64,000 bases of DNA, from positions 1,240,001 to 1,304,000 of the forward strand of contig CM052816.1 of NCBI GenBank assembly GCA_028534125.1, in the 5' to 3' direction. A program made the position numbers and the translations under genes. Under the pieces are notes generated by a model that saw only the letters and a list, made by a program, of their open reading frames with translations, made no database searches and had not been told where the DNA came from. The stretch comes from Lama glama. Its lineage: Eukaryota. Below are positions 37,767-52,437 of the stretch, piece after piece (the first letter of the stretch is position 1; every line of letters begins with the position of its first letter).

Positions 37767-38414
37767 TGTCGGGGAGGGGGAAGTTTCCCGCTCTAAGCTT
37801 TTTGAGTTCTGTGGCCGGACGAATAATAAGATTGACACGAGAAGATTAACAGGAGAAAAAGAAACACATTTTGGGGGTAGGGGTGGGGGTAACTAGGTTT
37901 ATTTATTTTTTAAATGGAGGTCCTGGGCATTGAACCCAGGGCCTTGTGCATGCTGAGCAGGCACTCTACCACTGAGCTGTCCCCTCCCCCAAGAAACACA
38001 TTTTAATTCATGTACAGAGAGGTCCCCTAGAAATGAGACCTAAGAAATGGCCAGAGCAGGCAGCTTTTATATTTTTTAGACAAAGAAACAATACATTTGT
38101 GAGGAATTGACAGAACAAAGAAACTTAGGCTTTGGGTGCTCAATTAATGAAGAATCTAAACAGAGTTTGGGCTTGGGGTGGAAAATTAAAAGAAGTAACA
38201 GGATTTGTTTATATAGGCTTCTTGGCCCCAATTCCCTATCTTTGGTGATAGCAGTGTCCTTCTATCTCCAGATGGAAGGAGGGCGCCTTTCACAGGAGAG
38301 AGGTATTTCCTGCCTTCACGGAGACAGAAAGGAAGGTCAGAGTGTCAGTATGTCAATATGCCGTCAATATGCCATTCGGGCACATTTTGGGGTGGCCTAC
38401 CCTGGACCCCAACA
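37767..38414 (-). mobile_element. Solo ERV1 LTR (MER34/MER39-like) containing a SINE
   Basis: TG...CA ends; TSD gggg; related to 26545-27023. Confidence 0.82.
37873..37990 (-). mobile_element. vic-1-like SINE nested in an LTR
   Basis: Perfect TSD aagaaacacatttt at 37859-37872 and 37991-38004. Confidence 0.93.
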
Positions 38415-38589
38415 GGGGCCTTTCTAAAGTGCACATCTAATCCTTCCACTGAATCTGTTAACATTCTTCAGTGGCTCCCTGAACCCCTCTACACTAGCTT
38501 CTCACTTCGTGTGTGCTCCCACGCACCTTCCCTTCTCCGTGGCCGTGGGGCGGAAGGTTGGGACGTGCAGGTCTCCAGTGCAGCCCCTG

Positions 38590-38800
38590 CCCACGGGCCC
38601 TCCACCCTGACAGCACTAACATTGTGGGCAGGACCATTCTTTGTGGCGGGGACTGTCCTGGGCATTACAGGATGTTAGCAGTATCCTTGGTCTCTGCCCA
38701 CTAGGACGCCAGTAGTACCCCCTTGCCCCAGTTGTGACGACCCAGACTGTCTCCAGACATTGCCAGAGGTCCCCTGGGGGACAAAGTCACTCTACACCTG
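38590..38800. mobile_element. MER20-like fragment
   Basis: cagcactaacattgtggg ... gtctccagacattgcca...gtcccctgggggacaaa. Confidence 0.6.
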
Positions 38801-39509
38801 CTCACTTCTCTGTCCTTTGTGACTGCAGAAGCATTTACCCACCTGGCAAACTCATACACACACAGGTGTCCCTCCTGGATACTTCCATCAAGATGTACCT
38901 GTGTTTCCCCCACTAGACTGTGCACATCCCGAGGGCAAGGATTGTGTCCAATTCCTCTTGGTGTCCCCAGCACCCTGCTTAGCGTCTGGCTCTGGACTGA
39001 ACCCGCTAAAGATTTGTTGGATGAATGAATGAGTAAATGAAGTATGAATTGTTCATCTCTCCTGACAAATAATGACTCCCTTTTGCAGAGAACAGTCCAT
39101 CTCTGTCCAATGACAGGGAAACAAAGGTGTCTGGAGGATGTCCTAACTTTTAAAGTTGAGGACATAGGGGCAGTACATGTAGTGGGTCAAGGGCAGTGCT
39201 GCCGAATAGAGTTTTTCTTGATGATGGAACTGTTCTAATAACCTGCATTCATCAAATACAGTAGCCACCAGACACATACGGCTTTCGGGTACTTGGAATG
39301 CGGCAAATGCAAATGAGGAAAAAAAAATGGTTATTTTACCTCACACTGATAGATTTAACTCTAAATCTGGACAGGTCTAGAGCATCTGTTTCAGAGTCAG
39401 GGGGCTTGGATTTCTAGTCCTGCCTCTGATTTTAACTCATCTGTGTGGCCTTGAGCAAGTGTCTTTCCGTCTCTGAGCCTCAGGTCCTGAGGCTTGGATT
39501 AAGATCACA

Positions 39510-40015
39510 ATATGCAGGATTAAGATCACAATAGGAATGAGGGGATTCCTCTAGCTGCCAGCCCTCCTGGATTGTTGATGGCTGCCTGGGGCACAGTCTG
39601 GAGGAGAATTCTGAAGCCACACATTGCCTCAGAGAAGAAATGCAATGTCTGCATGAGCCCGGGAGTGGTGGATCCTGAGGTGGTGCCGCAGGCTTACTTA
39701 GGCCAGGACTGAGTCCTTCATTCACCCAGCTGCTGGGAGTGTAGCTGGGGCCCCTCCGTAGGGTTTGCCCTTGGCTGAAGAGCACCACCCCTCTGGTCAA
39801 TAGGAGGATCCACAGTAGGAGGCAACTCCATGGAGGTCATTCCAGCTCCTGAGCTCCTGGTTGGAGGCACGGGGGCTTTGGTTGCACGTAACATCATAAT
39901 TCAGCCTCTCCAGTGCTGCTTCCCTGCCCCCACCCCCACCCCCAGCTGCTGATCTCGAAAGCATCTTTAGTAAATTTCTCGCATGCAAATCTCTGTCTCA
40001 GAGTCTACTTCCCAG
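39510..40015. mobile_element. ERVL LTR16-like remnant
   Basis: 3' end gcatgcaaatctctgtctcagagtctacttcccag...aagaca. Confidence 0.5.
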
Positions 40016-41804
40016 AGTATCCAGCTGGAAGACAGCATGGTGATGGGGGCAGAGGGGAGATTTATGCTGCTTGGGCCATGAACTTGCCATCTAGGGCCTA
40101 CAGAAATTATAAAGCAAGTTTTCCCACAATGGCCCCTGGTACCTACACTGAATGACAAAAAATAGCCCAGCTACAGCCCTGCTTCTAGGAAACTATTCTC
40201 ACCTGCATCCAGCATCTGGCACTGCTGTCATTAAGCAGAGGCCAAGCGTGAAAACCAGGGGGAAAGCCCACAGTTCACTGATCTCTGAAGGTTCCTCCAG
40301 CTTCTGTCTTGCCCAGAAGACTGTGAGGGGGCTCTGAGCTCCCTGACATGCTGGCAGGCCCCCGGGAGTGTTGGAAGGGCAGAGAACTATCTGACAGTGA
40401 CAGAAGAGACAGCCACGGGAGGAGGGGACTTCAGGCAGCATAGGTCAGGAGCCACTTGTCTGGGCTTCACTGCTGTGTGGGATGGAGAGGGAAGCATAGC
40501 GGGGTAGAGGGCGTCTCTTGCTGGATATGTCTGTTTGTGTTCCATGTGCAAGCAAAGGGTGCAAGCATTACCTAATTTAATTTGTACACCCTTTATGTGT
40601 TAGGGACCCTGATCCTGTTTTATGGAGAAGACTAAACTGAGGTTCAAAGAGAACTAACTTACCCAAGATTGCATGACTAGTAAGTGGCACTGCTGGGATT
40701 CAAACCCAGGACTTTCTGATTCTAAGGTCCGTGGTCCTTTCTTGGCACTCCCATGCCCTGCTTCTGTTGTGATTGCAGACCTAAAGGCTCAGATTCATCA
40801 GGATATGAGAAATAACCCAGTTCAGGCACACGGCTAGTGGGTGCTAGGTTATGTGCTAACTCTGATCCATTGGTGACATGGTAGCTGGTTAGAATCCTGT
40901 GTTGAGAAGGATTCTGAGGCTGAATCTCAGGAGTGCTGTGATCCATTAGTGACGTCTGCCACAGCAGGAGTATGTGTGGCAGAAAGTAGATTTGTTCTTA
41001 GTCATCCCAGAACTGGTCCAACCCCCTCAGTTCACAGAAGGAGAACCTACGGCCCAAAAAAAGACTTCTGTAAGATAACGGGTTTTGTCAGTGGCAAACC
41101 AGGACCAGACTTCGGGGGACCAATTCTGCCCACTATGTCCAGGGGTCAGTCTGCTTTTTGTGTCTTCTGTCTCAGATCCTGGCGAAGGGCTTGCTCGCTG
41201 TACTTAAGCTCAGAAATACCCACTTCCTGTGGCATTCAAATTGGCGGTGAGCCCTCCGGAATCGGGGGTCTCAGGGCCACTTAGAGCTACCTGTATCCCT
41301 AGACTGGGATTAGGGTCCTGATAGGGAAAGCCACGAACTCACAGAGAAGCTCAAAGAACTGTTCTGCAGCCAAATCTGGACTCCCGGGCTTGGAACTGTT
41401 GAGCAGAGGCCACGCACGGCCTGACCAACCAGCAGTTTTACCCTCTGGGACTCTCTCATCTGTCAGCCAGGTTTGTGTCAGAGTTGGGGCAATTCCCAGG
41501 GACTTCTCCAAAATCTACGTGTTTAGTCCACAGCACTGACTTCGAGAGAATGTTTCCTTTGTCTTCTGGTTTTCTCTCCCGTTGCTGAATGATTTTTATT
41601 GCACTGTCCCAAGGGGAAGCAATTTTTACTGTCTTCCTCCTTCCCTTCCACCAGAGAGAGAAAGGGAAAGATGGGGTAAAGACATTTCAGAAGTCAGATG
41701 GGCACCAGGCTGAAGGAGGAAACAGATTTGTCAATCAGGAAAAGCGCCGGTGGAGGCTGAGTGTTGGCTGTGAAATGAGTTGCTGTTACAGAGGATGTCT
41801 GCAG

Positions 41805-41870
41805 AAGGATGGATGGAAAAAGGGAGGGAGGGAGGGAGGGAAGAAGGAAGGAAGAAAGGAAGGAAGGAAC
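41805..41870. repeat. (GGAA/GGGA)n simple repeat
   Basis: Direct inspection. Confidence 0.85.
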
Positions 41871-42000
41871 TCAGTTTAAAGCCACCTCATAGAAGCCTTG
41901 TTTGGCAACCCAAACAAGTAGCTCACTTGTTTTTTTTTAAGTAGCTCACTTCCCTTTCAACCAGTCACTTCCTATCTTAAAACCCCTATTTAGTTCTTTT

Positions 42001-42120
42001 AAATTTACTGGTTAGTTAAATTTATTTATTTATTGAAGTATACCTGACCTACAATGCTATGTTAGTTCCAGGCACACAACCTACTGATTTGATATTTCTA
42101 TACATTACAAAATGATCACC
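42001..42120 (-). mobile_element. Short L1 3'-end insertion within an L2
   Basis: tttattgaagtatacctgacctacaat...aaatgatcacc; flanked by accc(t/c)attta repeats. Confidence 0.65.
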
Positions 42121-42375
42121 ACCCCATTTAATTTCTTTATAGCATGTGTTAATCTGAAATGATCTAAAATTTCTTTGTTTATAATCTGCCTCCCTGTATT
42201 AGAATATAAGCCTCATGAGGTCGGGGCTTTTGTCTGGCTTGTAATCCACTATATCCTCAGTGCCCGGAATGGTACTGGCCTGGCACATGGTAGGTATTTA
42301 AGAAATGCTTGTTGAATGACTGACTGAGGAACTTAGTCTCTGACAAGCCATGTGGTAACCCAAGCCTTATTACTT

Positions 42376-43702
42376 TTTTTAAACAGCTTTATTGAGATAT
42401 CATTCAAATATGGTCATCCATTTAAACTAAATGGTTCAGTGCTTTTTAGTATATTCGCAGAGCTGTGCAACCATCACCAAAATCAATTTTAGAATATTTT
42501 CTTCACCTCAGAGGGGAACCTCTGCCCATTCGTAGTCACTACCCATTTCCCCTCGACTCCCCTCAGTGCTAGGCAACCACTAATTTACTTTCTGTCTCTA
42601 TGGACTTGCCTGTTCTGGACACTTTGTGTAAGTGGAATCAAATGATGTGTGGTCCTTCTGTGTCTGGCCTCTTTTAGTGAGCATAATGTTTTCAGGGTGC
42701 ATCCAGGTTATAGCATATATCAGTTCTTCATTTCTTTCTGCTGCCAAATAATTTTCTGTTGTATGGACATTCCACATTTTATTTATTCATCAGTTGATGG
42801 GCATTTGTTTGTTTGTTTGTTTTAATTTATATCTTTTGGGGGGAGGGGTAATTAAGTTTCTTTCTTTCTTTCTTTCTTCCTCCCTTCCTTCCTTCCTTCC
42901 TTCCTTTCTTTCTTCCTTTCTTCCTTTCTTCCTTTCTTGCTTTCTTACTGGGGATTGAACCCAGGGCCTAGTGCATGCTAAGCATGTGCTTTACCACTGA
43001 GCAATACCTCCCCCCACCCCCCCGCCCATCTGGGTTTGTTTTGCTTTTTTGGCTGTTATGAATAATGCTGCTATGAACTTTCACATGCAAGTATTTGTGT
43101 GAATATATGCTTCAGTTTCTCTTGCTCATTTACCTAGGATTGGAATTGCTGGGGCCCTCGGTAACTGTTTTAACCTTTTGAGGAACATCAGATTGTTTTT
43201 CAAAGCAGCTGTACCTTCATTCACATTCCCAGCAAGAGCGTATGAGGGGCCCAGCCTCTCCACATCCTAACCAAATTACTATTTCTCAACTTTTTAAATT
43301 TTTACATGTCTTTCACACCTTTATTGTGGTATGTTTCCTATACAGTAAACTACACATATTTTAGATGTACAATTTGATGAATTTTGATAGATGTGTACAC
43401 CAGTGAAACTTTCACCAGCCGGCTTTTTTATCTTATAGCCATCCTGGTGGGTGTGATTGGTCTCTTAGTTTTAATTTCCATTATCTTGGCTAGTGACATT
43501 GCACAGCATTTCATCTTCTTATTGGCCATTTGTGTGTCTTCTTTGGAGTAATGTCTGTTCAGTGTCGTTGCCTGTTTTTAAATTGGGTTGTCTTTTTATT
43601 ATTGAGTTATAAGAACTCTTTGTATATTATAGAGAAAGCTCCCTTATCAGATATATGATTTGCAAACATTTTCTCCCATTCTGTGGGTTGTGTTTTCACT
43701 TT
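42376..43702 (-). mobile_element. Old L1MB-like 3' fragment with nested insertions
   Basis: aacagctttattgagatat ... ggcaaccactaatttactttctgtctctatgg ... gatttgcaaacattttctcccattctgtgggttg. Confidence 0.8.
42810..43020 (-). mobile_element. vic-1-like SINE with expanded internal (TTTC/TTCC)n
   Basis: Tail ggggtaattaag, then the microsatellite, then the tRNA body. Confidence 0.88.
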
Positions 43703-44224
43703 CAACACAGGCTTTAAAATCAGAAAGATTGGGTTTAAATTCCTGTTCTCCTATTGGGCAAGTTACTCAACTTCTCTCATCCTCAATTTCTTATCCATAA
43801 AGTAGTCATGAAAATACCTAGTTTGCAGGCATAGTGTGAAGATAAAAAGAGATAAACAGTGCAATGTAGTGGGCACATGGCTGGATAGCATACATGGTAA
43901 CTACCAGCATGATTAGTTACAATGTCAAATCAATGAATAAATCAGGAAAGCAACAGTACATTGAACTCCCAAAGGCTTCTGGTGTAGTGATGCCCAAACT
44001 TACTCTGGGGATACCTAGAAAGATCTCTAGTACCCAAGGGGGATTCTGTGAATCTCTGTAAACAGAGGTGATGTTGATTTATTTTAGACTGAAACAAAAC
44101 CTAACCCTGCACGTCCTAAAGGAGTCAGGGGTGGGGACTATCTTTGTGTGTTGGGAGCGAGTAATGAGGGGAGAGGTGATGATTAAAAATCAAGCAAACC
44201 TGTGTTCTCCTGGTGGCCCCTCCC

Positions 44225-45847
<1,623 letters not shown>

Positions 45848-45849
45848 CA

Positions 45850-46600
45850 AATCCAATCAGATGTCCACAGGCAAAAAAAAGAACCTCCACATAAACCTCA
45901 CACATTATACAAAAGTTAAATCAAAATATAGATTATAGACTTTAATGTAAAAGTAAAACTATAAAACTGCTAGGGAAAAAAATGAGTGAAAAATCAGCAT
46001 CTGGGGCTAGGCAAAGAGTTCTTAGACTTAACAGAAAAAGGATCTTTCATAAAAGGAAAAATCGAAAATGTTTGCAAATCACATGCTTTTTTTTTTAAAG
46101 ACCTTTTTCTTTTCTTTTAAAATTTTTTCCCCTTTATTTATTTTTTTTACATTTTTTTATTGATTCATAATCATTTTACAGTGTTGTGACTTTTAAAATT
46201 TTTTAAATTTCCTTTTAAAATTTTTTTCTTTTCTTTTTAAAACAAATTTTTAATGGCGGGGGTGACTTTAAGTTTACCATGTACTGTATGATTCTATGTA
46301 CGTAACATGTTTGAAATGACAGAAATTTAGAAATGGAAGATGGATGAGTGGCAGGGACTGGGATGAAGAGGGGAGGTGGGTGTGGTTACAAAAAGGGCAA
46401 CACAGGGATCCTTGCGGTGATGGGGCTACTCTATATCTTGACTGTGCTGTGGATACAGGAAACTGCCTGGTGATACAATTGTATAGAATTAACACACACG
46501 TGTGCAATACACACACAAGTAAAGTAAAACTGGGGAATGCTAAATAAGATGAATGGACTGGGTCAATGGCAGTATCCTGGTTGTGGTATCATATGATACA
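45850..46600 (+). mobile_element. Old L1MC-like fragments (with a short young L1 3' stub on the minus strand at about 46132-46188)
   Basis: aacctcacacattatacaaaagttaa ... ggcaaagagttcttagac ... aaagggcaacacagggatccttgcggtgatgg; the stub is flanked by cttttaaaatttttt repeats. Confidence 0.65.
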
Positions 46601-48219
46601 GTTTTTTCTTAATTGTGGAAGGGTGTACATAACATAAAATTTACCATCTTAACCATTTTTGAGTATACAGTTCTGCAGTGTGAAGTACATTCATTCACAC
46701 TGTCGTGCAGCCAATCTCCAAAACTCTTTTGTCTTGCCAAACTGAAGCTCTGTACCCATTAAAAAACAGCTTCCCATTCTCCTCAAAAATATGTTCTTAA
46801 AAAAAGAAAGTGTTCTTCAATCAAATAATTCTAAAAAGAGAGCAAAAAATAATACAGTGACAGGAAGGTCCATTGTACATATGGACCACATTTTGTTTAT
46901 CCATTCGTCCATCGATGGACTTTTGGGTTGCTTCCACCTTTTGGCTATTGTGAAATAATGCTGCTATGAATGTGAGTGCATGAATATCTCTTCAAGATCC
47001 TACTTTCAGTTCTTTTGGGTATTCCCTCCATTCCCAGCCTGGTGAAGCTTTCTGTCTTGCTCCCTAACCCACCCATGGGCTGTTTTGTCCCACAGCTCAA
47101 ATCCTATGCTGTTAGCTTTTGCTTCGTTTGTCCATATTTTTTTTTCCAAGTAAGTTCTGGAAGGTCTTTGGTTTCCCCAAAGTGCATGGCACAGGGCCTT
47201 GTTACGGTCACAACTCTGGAAAGCTTTGGGCCGGTTGCCAGAATTGCCAGATGGCTGCGTGAGCCAGCCCGGCCTGTCCTTGAACCTCACCTCACACCTT
47301 CTCTCACTCTGTGCAGCCCCACTGCCTTCTTCCAGTCCCTCCTGCCAGGCGCCTTCCCTCTGCAGGGCCTTTGCACATGCTGTTCCCTCTGGCAGGAAAA
47401 CGTCTTCCCTCTTGTCTGAACAACTATTCATTCTTCAGACACCAGCTCAAATGTCATTTCCTTGGCCAGGCGTGTTATATGCCTGTACTTTTCCTCTGTG
47501 GCCCTTTTCACAATCACGCATGTACATCTGATGCTCTTCCTCCCTAGACCGTAGGCTTCCTAAGGCCAGGGACTGTGTCTTGGTGTCCTCGGTGCCTCGT
47601 CCAGTGCCTGCCGCATAGAAGAGGCTCATACGTATTTGGTGATTGAAATAATTCACAGGAAGGAAAATGCTTGAACTAGGAGACCTGAAGTTATGTAATA
47701 CATTGGGGGCAGAGGAATGTAATAGTTGCACCCAAGAACCTGAGAACTGGGGTGGAAAGAAGGCTTACTTTTCACTCTCTTTTTCTGAGTGGTCTGAATT
47801 GTACATACATAATGTGTTTATCGGAAAATGTTTTCATCTTAAAAAAAAAAAAAAAGAGGAACTCAGGAAGCCTACCTGTAAAAAGGGGACATTTGAATCT
47901 GGATCTTTGTGTGGACTCTCTCCTGGAAGCAGTCCCCTGTTCTCACTGATGCTCGGGAGGGTGACTTCAGAAACAAGCAGTCCACTGCCCTCGCAGGAGA
48001 GGTTCAGCTGGTTGTTTGCGCTGCCAAGCAGGAAGTTTACTCAACCAAACAAAGACCCACAGGGAGGTGTTTTTGATGCTGATTTTTCCTTGTGCTTAAA
48101 TGTGCCACAGTAGCCTGTTCCTACCAAGACACTGCCCTTTCTAGCTTGTCCTAGTCAATACTTAAGTCATCTGCAGTCCCAAATCATTTAATCCTTTCAC
48201 AAATACTGACCTTTGTCTA

Positions 48220-48283
48220 GAAGGGAGGGAGGGAGGGAGGGAAGGAGGAAGGAAGGAAAGAAAGAAAGGAAAGAAAGGAGAAA
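48220..48283. repeat. (GGGA/GGAA/GAAA)n simple repeat
   Basis: Direct inspection. Confidence 0.85.
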
Positions 48284-50256
48284 GGCAGGCACTCCCTTTG
48301 TCTCCGTCTTTCTGTTTCTGAGCTCTGTCACAGGGGAGGGCTTGGCTGGCCCTATCTCCCTTCTCTTCTCTTGATTCTGTCCTTTTCAGCTTCCCCATGT
48401 GGCTACTTGTGCAAGGCCCTGCTTTGTCCACCTCAGGGAATTCAGAGCCAGGCCTAACAAGTCTGTATCCTAGCTACCTTGGAAAAGGAAAAGGACCTTG
48501 ATGAGAGATGAGCTCGAAATAGCAGAAGGTTCAGGGAGGGAGCAGGCAGACGCGAGCAAAGGCCACAGCTGCCTTTGTATCTCAGCTGGAGAATGCTCGT
48601 TGGAAAAAGCTAGAGCCTTATTAGAAGAGCCTTTAGACTGAGATGCAGAAAGGCAGAGATCGATTAAAGAAAGGAGACAACTGTGTGGTGTACCTGCTGC
48701 CAGGTGTGATGCACCGTGGGAGATTATTTCATGTACAGCAGGTCATCCAATCTTCATAATAGCCTGGAGTGTGAGAATTACTAATCTGCAGAGCAGATGG
48801 GAGAGCTGGAGTCCAGAGAGGTTAAGCCACGGGGCCAGAGTATAATCTCAGGGCTGCCCCAAAGCCCAGCCCTTCCCAGGTGCCTCACGTCTCTCTGATG
48901 GCTGGTGCTCGGCCACGTTGCCTGGACTCTCTGATCAGTCCTGTCCAGTCAGGTGTGAGCTCTAGTCTCCAGCAGGTGAACTGTGGGTGTGGCTGCTCCA
49001 CAGGCCACTGATTAAACCCTCAAGCAATCAACCATCATAACATGAATTAATCAAGGATTTCAACTTTGGAGTTTGACTGCCTGGGTTTGAATCTGGGCTT
49101 TGCAATTGACCAGCTTGGTGTGTCTGAGCCTTTGAGACGCTTAAGCGACCACTTGGTCTTCCTATGCCTCAGTTTGTTCATCTGTGAAATAGCGATTAGG
49201 TTGTTGTAAGGATTAAGTGAGTTGATATAAATGAAATGCTCAGCACAGACCCTGGCACATAGCAGGAGGTCTCCAAAGGCTAGTTACTGTTTACTGAGTG
49301 CCAACTACATGCTAGGCCTGGGGCCAGGGTTTGGAGACAAGCAAAATAAGGCCTGATCCTTGCTCGCTTTGGTCTAGAGCCAGAGGAAGCAACAAGTAAA
49401 TAATCACACAAGTAAATAAAAAAAGCTTTGTGAGAAGCTGTGATCTGAAAGATGGAGAGGTAGGTGCTGAATAGGCATCAGGAGGAGGGGCAGGGCTCCA
49501 GGCTGAGTGAAAGGCACGTTCCTGGGCTTGGAAGATAATGTTAAGTCGTCCAGGTTTTTGAGACACTTTTCCATTAGAATCCTCTGAGCCTGTGTGTGCT
49601 GGTTTCCATCACTCTGAGAACCAAGTCACATCCTGAAAGCTGATCTTTGGACCAAAGCCTTCACAAAGACCACCAGTGGTTCTGCCAAACAAAGATTCTT
49701 CTAGGGAAGTTAGCACTGGGTCTGTGGGGAGTGAGTAGTTAAAAAGGTGAGTTTAGGTTGAGACTGAACTGGGCCTAAGTCTTCACTGTTTGGTGGATCT
49801 CAAGTGGAGACTTTTCAGTGCAACCCAGGGCCAGACCCTGGAAAACCCTGAGTTGGTGACTTTCAGTGGGCTCTGGCGCTCTCCTTTTTTCATGCTTAGC
49901 CAGGCATGGAAACCATGGTGTTCTCACTTTGAATCCTGGCTCCACCACCTACCATCTGGGTGACCTTGGGCGAGTTTTTTTTAACTTCTCTGAGACTCAG
50001 TTTCTTCAATGAGAGTAATAATACCCACCCATAGGACTATCATGAAGATGAAATGATATTAATACACAGAAATGCTTTTTTTTTTTTAGAAATGCTTATT
50101 AACACAGTTCTTGGCACGTGGCAAACATTTCAAATACGATGCTTACTTTTACTAGAAGTTTTGGCCAACAGTGGAATATTCTTTATACAGTTGGCAGTGG
50201 GCGTGATTTATTTTGATAACCCTGACTCATTGCAGCTGCCGCTAGAGGATCAGAGA

Positions 50257-50322
50257 TTTTTTTTGGCGGGGGGGGGGGTGCACTGGGGAGAGAGGTAATT
50301 AGGTTTTTATTTATGGAAGTAT
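50257..50322 (-). mobile_element. 5'-truncated vic-1-like SINE tail
   Basis: gaggtaattaggtttttatttatggaagta without the tRNA body. Confidence 0.6.
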
Positions 50323-52437
50323 TTTTAAATTACGTTCTTGTCCTTCCCCTCTCAGTTTCTCTTCTTTGAACTGCTGATTTAAGTGAACATAATAGCACTT
50401 AGGGGAATGTCAGGGCAAGAGTGAGTTCATTCCTTCTACAAGTCTTCACTGAGGCCCACAGACTGCCAGAGACGATTCAAGGTGCAGGGGGTGAGGGTGA
50501 TGGGGAAGGTGTACAGAGGGACAACAATTAAGTAAGTAGGTACCTAAGTAAATAAGATCTATCATTTCATACAGTGGTGAGTGATGACAAGAAACTAAAA
50601 CAAGTAAAGGGGTAGAAAGGAAAGGGGGAGGTGCAGAGTCTGAATAAATCTCATGCTCCCTTCAAATTAGTCACTTTGAGCTGCTTTACATTTAATCCAA
50701 AGATGTTGATAACATTCATTATGATTTTCCTTCTCTTGGAATAGCTTTCAAAGTCCAGAGTACATGCATTTGTATACTCTTTATAGTGACCGACCGTCAT
50801 ATTTACCTATTATGGAAAAAATAACCTTATGGGAGATTTTAATCATGCAGAAAAACAGAAAGAAGAAAAAATACAATGGCTTCTATCTCTAACATTTGAA
50901 CATAATCATTATTAATATTTTAGAATATTTATTCCCAGGATTTTTTATGCATTTAAACATTGTTATAATACTTTCTATCCTTTTAGACTTACATCGTAAG
51001 CACTTTTCATTTTAATGAATGAAATGAAAATGAAATTTCAATGAATTAATGAAAATCTTTATGAATACAACTTTTAAAGACACATAATATATACCACTGA
51101 GTGGCCGTATTATAATTTATTTACCAATCCTTGTCGGTGAAATTTAGGTTGTTTTTTTTTTCTCCCCTCTTTAATAAAGTACCTTGTGATAAAATTCTTT
51201 GTGAAGTTTTAAAAAAAATTACTTTCCTAGAGATGGAATTGAAAAATTAAGGACTGTGTATGTATTATCAAATTGCTATTCAAAAGGGAAATATCAAATT
51301 GCAGAAGCTTGAGTGCCTGAAAGAATGCTCATCTCACTCACCTTGCCTCACCTTGACTCCTATTTCGTATTACCATTTCTTTTATCTCTACAAGTCTGTC
51401 GGGGAAGGCATGGTCTCCTGTTCTTGTTTTAATTGGAATTTTGGCTCTGTTACTTACTAGCCATGGTGTGACCTTGGGCAAACTAGTTCACGGTTCTAAG
51501 CTTTGGAGTCTGACAGACCAGGTTTGGAGTCTTGGGTCTGCCAGTACCAGCTGTGTGAACTGAGGCAAATCACTTCACTTCTCTTAGCCTCATTTTTCTC
51601 AGTTGTATAATGGAAAAGAGTTGCTACGTGGATTAATGATACCATGTTTGCAAACCATCTAGCAAGTAACAGTCATTACATAGTCACAAGCCCAATATGA
51701 CTAAAAAGCATGATTATTACGGCCTCCCCTTATACTTGTGACTTTAAAATGCCAGCTCCCCTAATCCCTGACCCTGCAAATCTGCAGCCTCAGGATTTGA
51801 ATTTGGAGTTGGAGGTTAATGCTGAGCGGGTTTCGCTGCAGCTTTGGAAATCAGGAGTGATCTCCCTGAGGGCTGAGCTCTAAGAGCTGAAAGCTAGGAG
51901 GTGGATAAGTCAGAAATCAACTGTAGCTCCCATGTGGGAAGCTCAGTTCTACATCCCCTGTCAGGTGGAAAGGGGGCTGAAGAGGAGTGGTCTCCCCGGG
52001 CCCCGGGCACTGCCTGGAAGGATGCAGATGCAGCCGTGGGTGAGAAGGAGGCAGGCAGCCCAGCCACAGCTCTGCCTTCTCCGTGGGCTTGGTTTGGTCC
52101 CCAGAGCTTCCAGACATTCCCCATCAGAAGGGAGAATGAGCAGGGCTGGTTAGATAGAAATCCCTCTTCCATATTCATGCAGGATGAAGGCAGAGGTGTG
52201 GATTTCCTTTTAAGTACGTGCATCACTTCAACTGTAATTACCTTTCCCCAAATTCAAGTACAGACTGGGGTGCGGTGGGGTGGGAAAGGATATGAATCTA
52301 TAATGGGATCCTAAACAAAATAAATAAATAAACCCTCATCAAATTCACAACCAAATGCCAACTGCAGTCCCTTCCTGGGACAACATGGGGAGGTAGAACG
52401 GATGGAGAACAGGCTTGAGTCGAGCAGACGCGGGTTC

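Noticed and set aside
39496..39533. Short direct repeats (ggattaagatcacaata x2; also at 19712, 28105, 29609, 60143)
   Set aside because: Two-copy slippage microduplications, not a spacer array or CRISPR.
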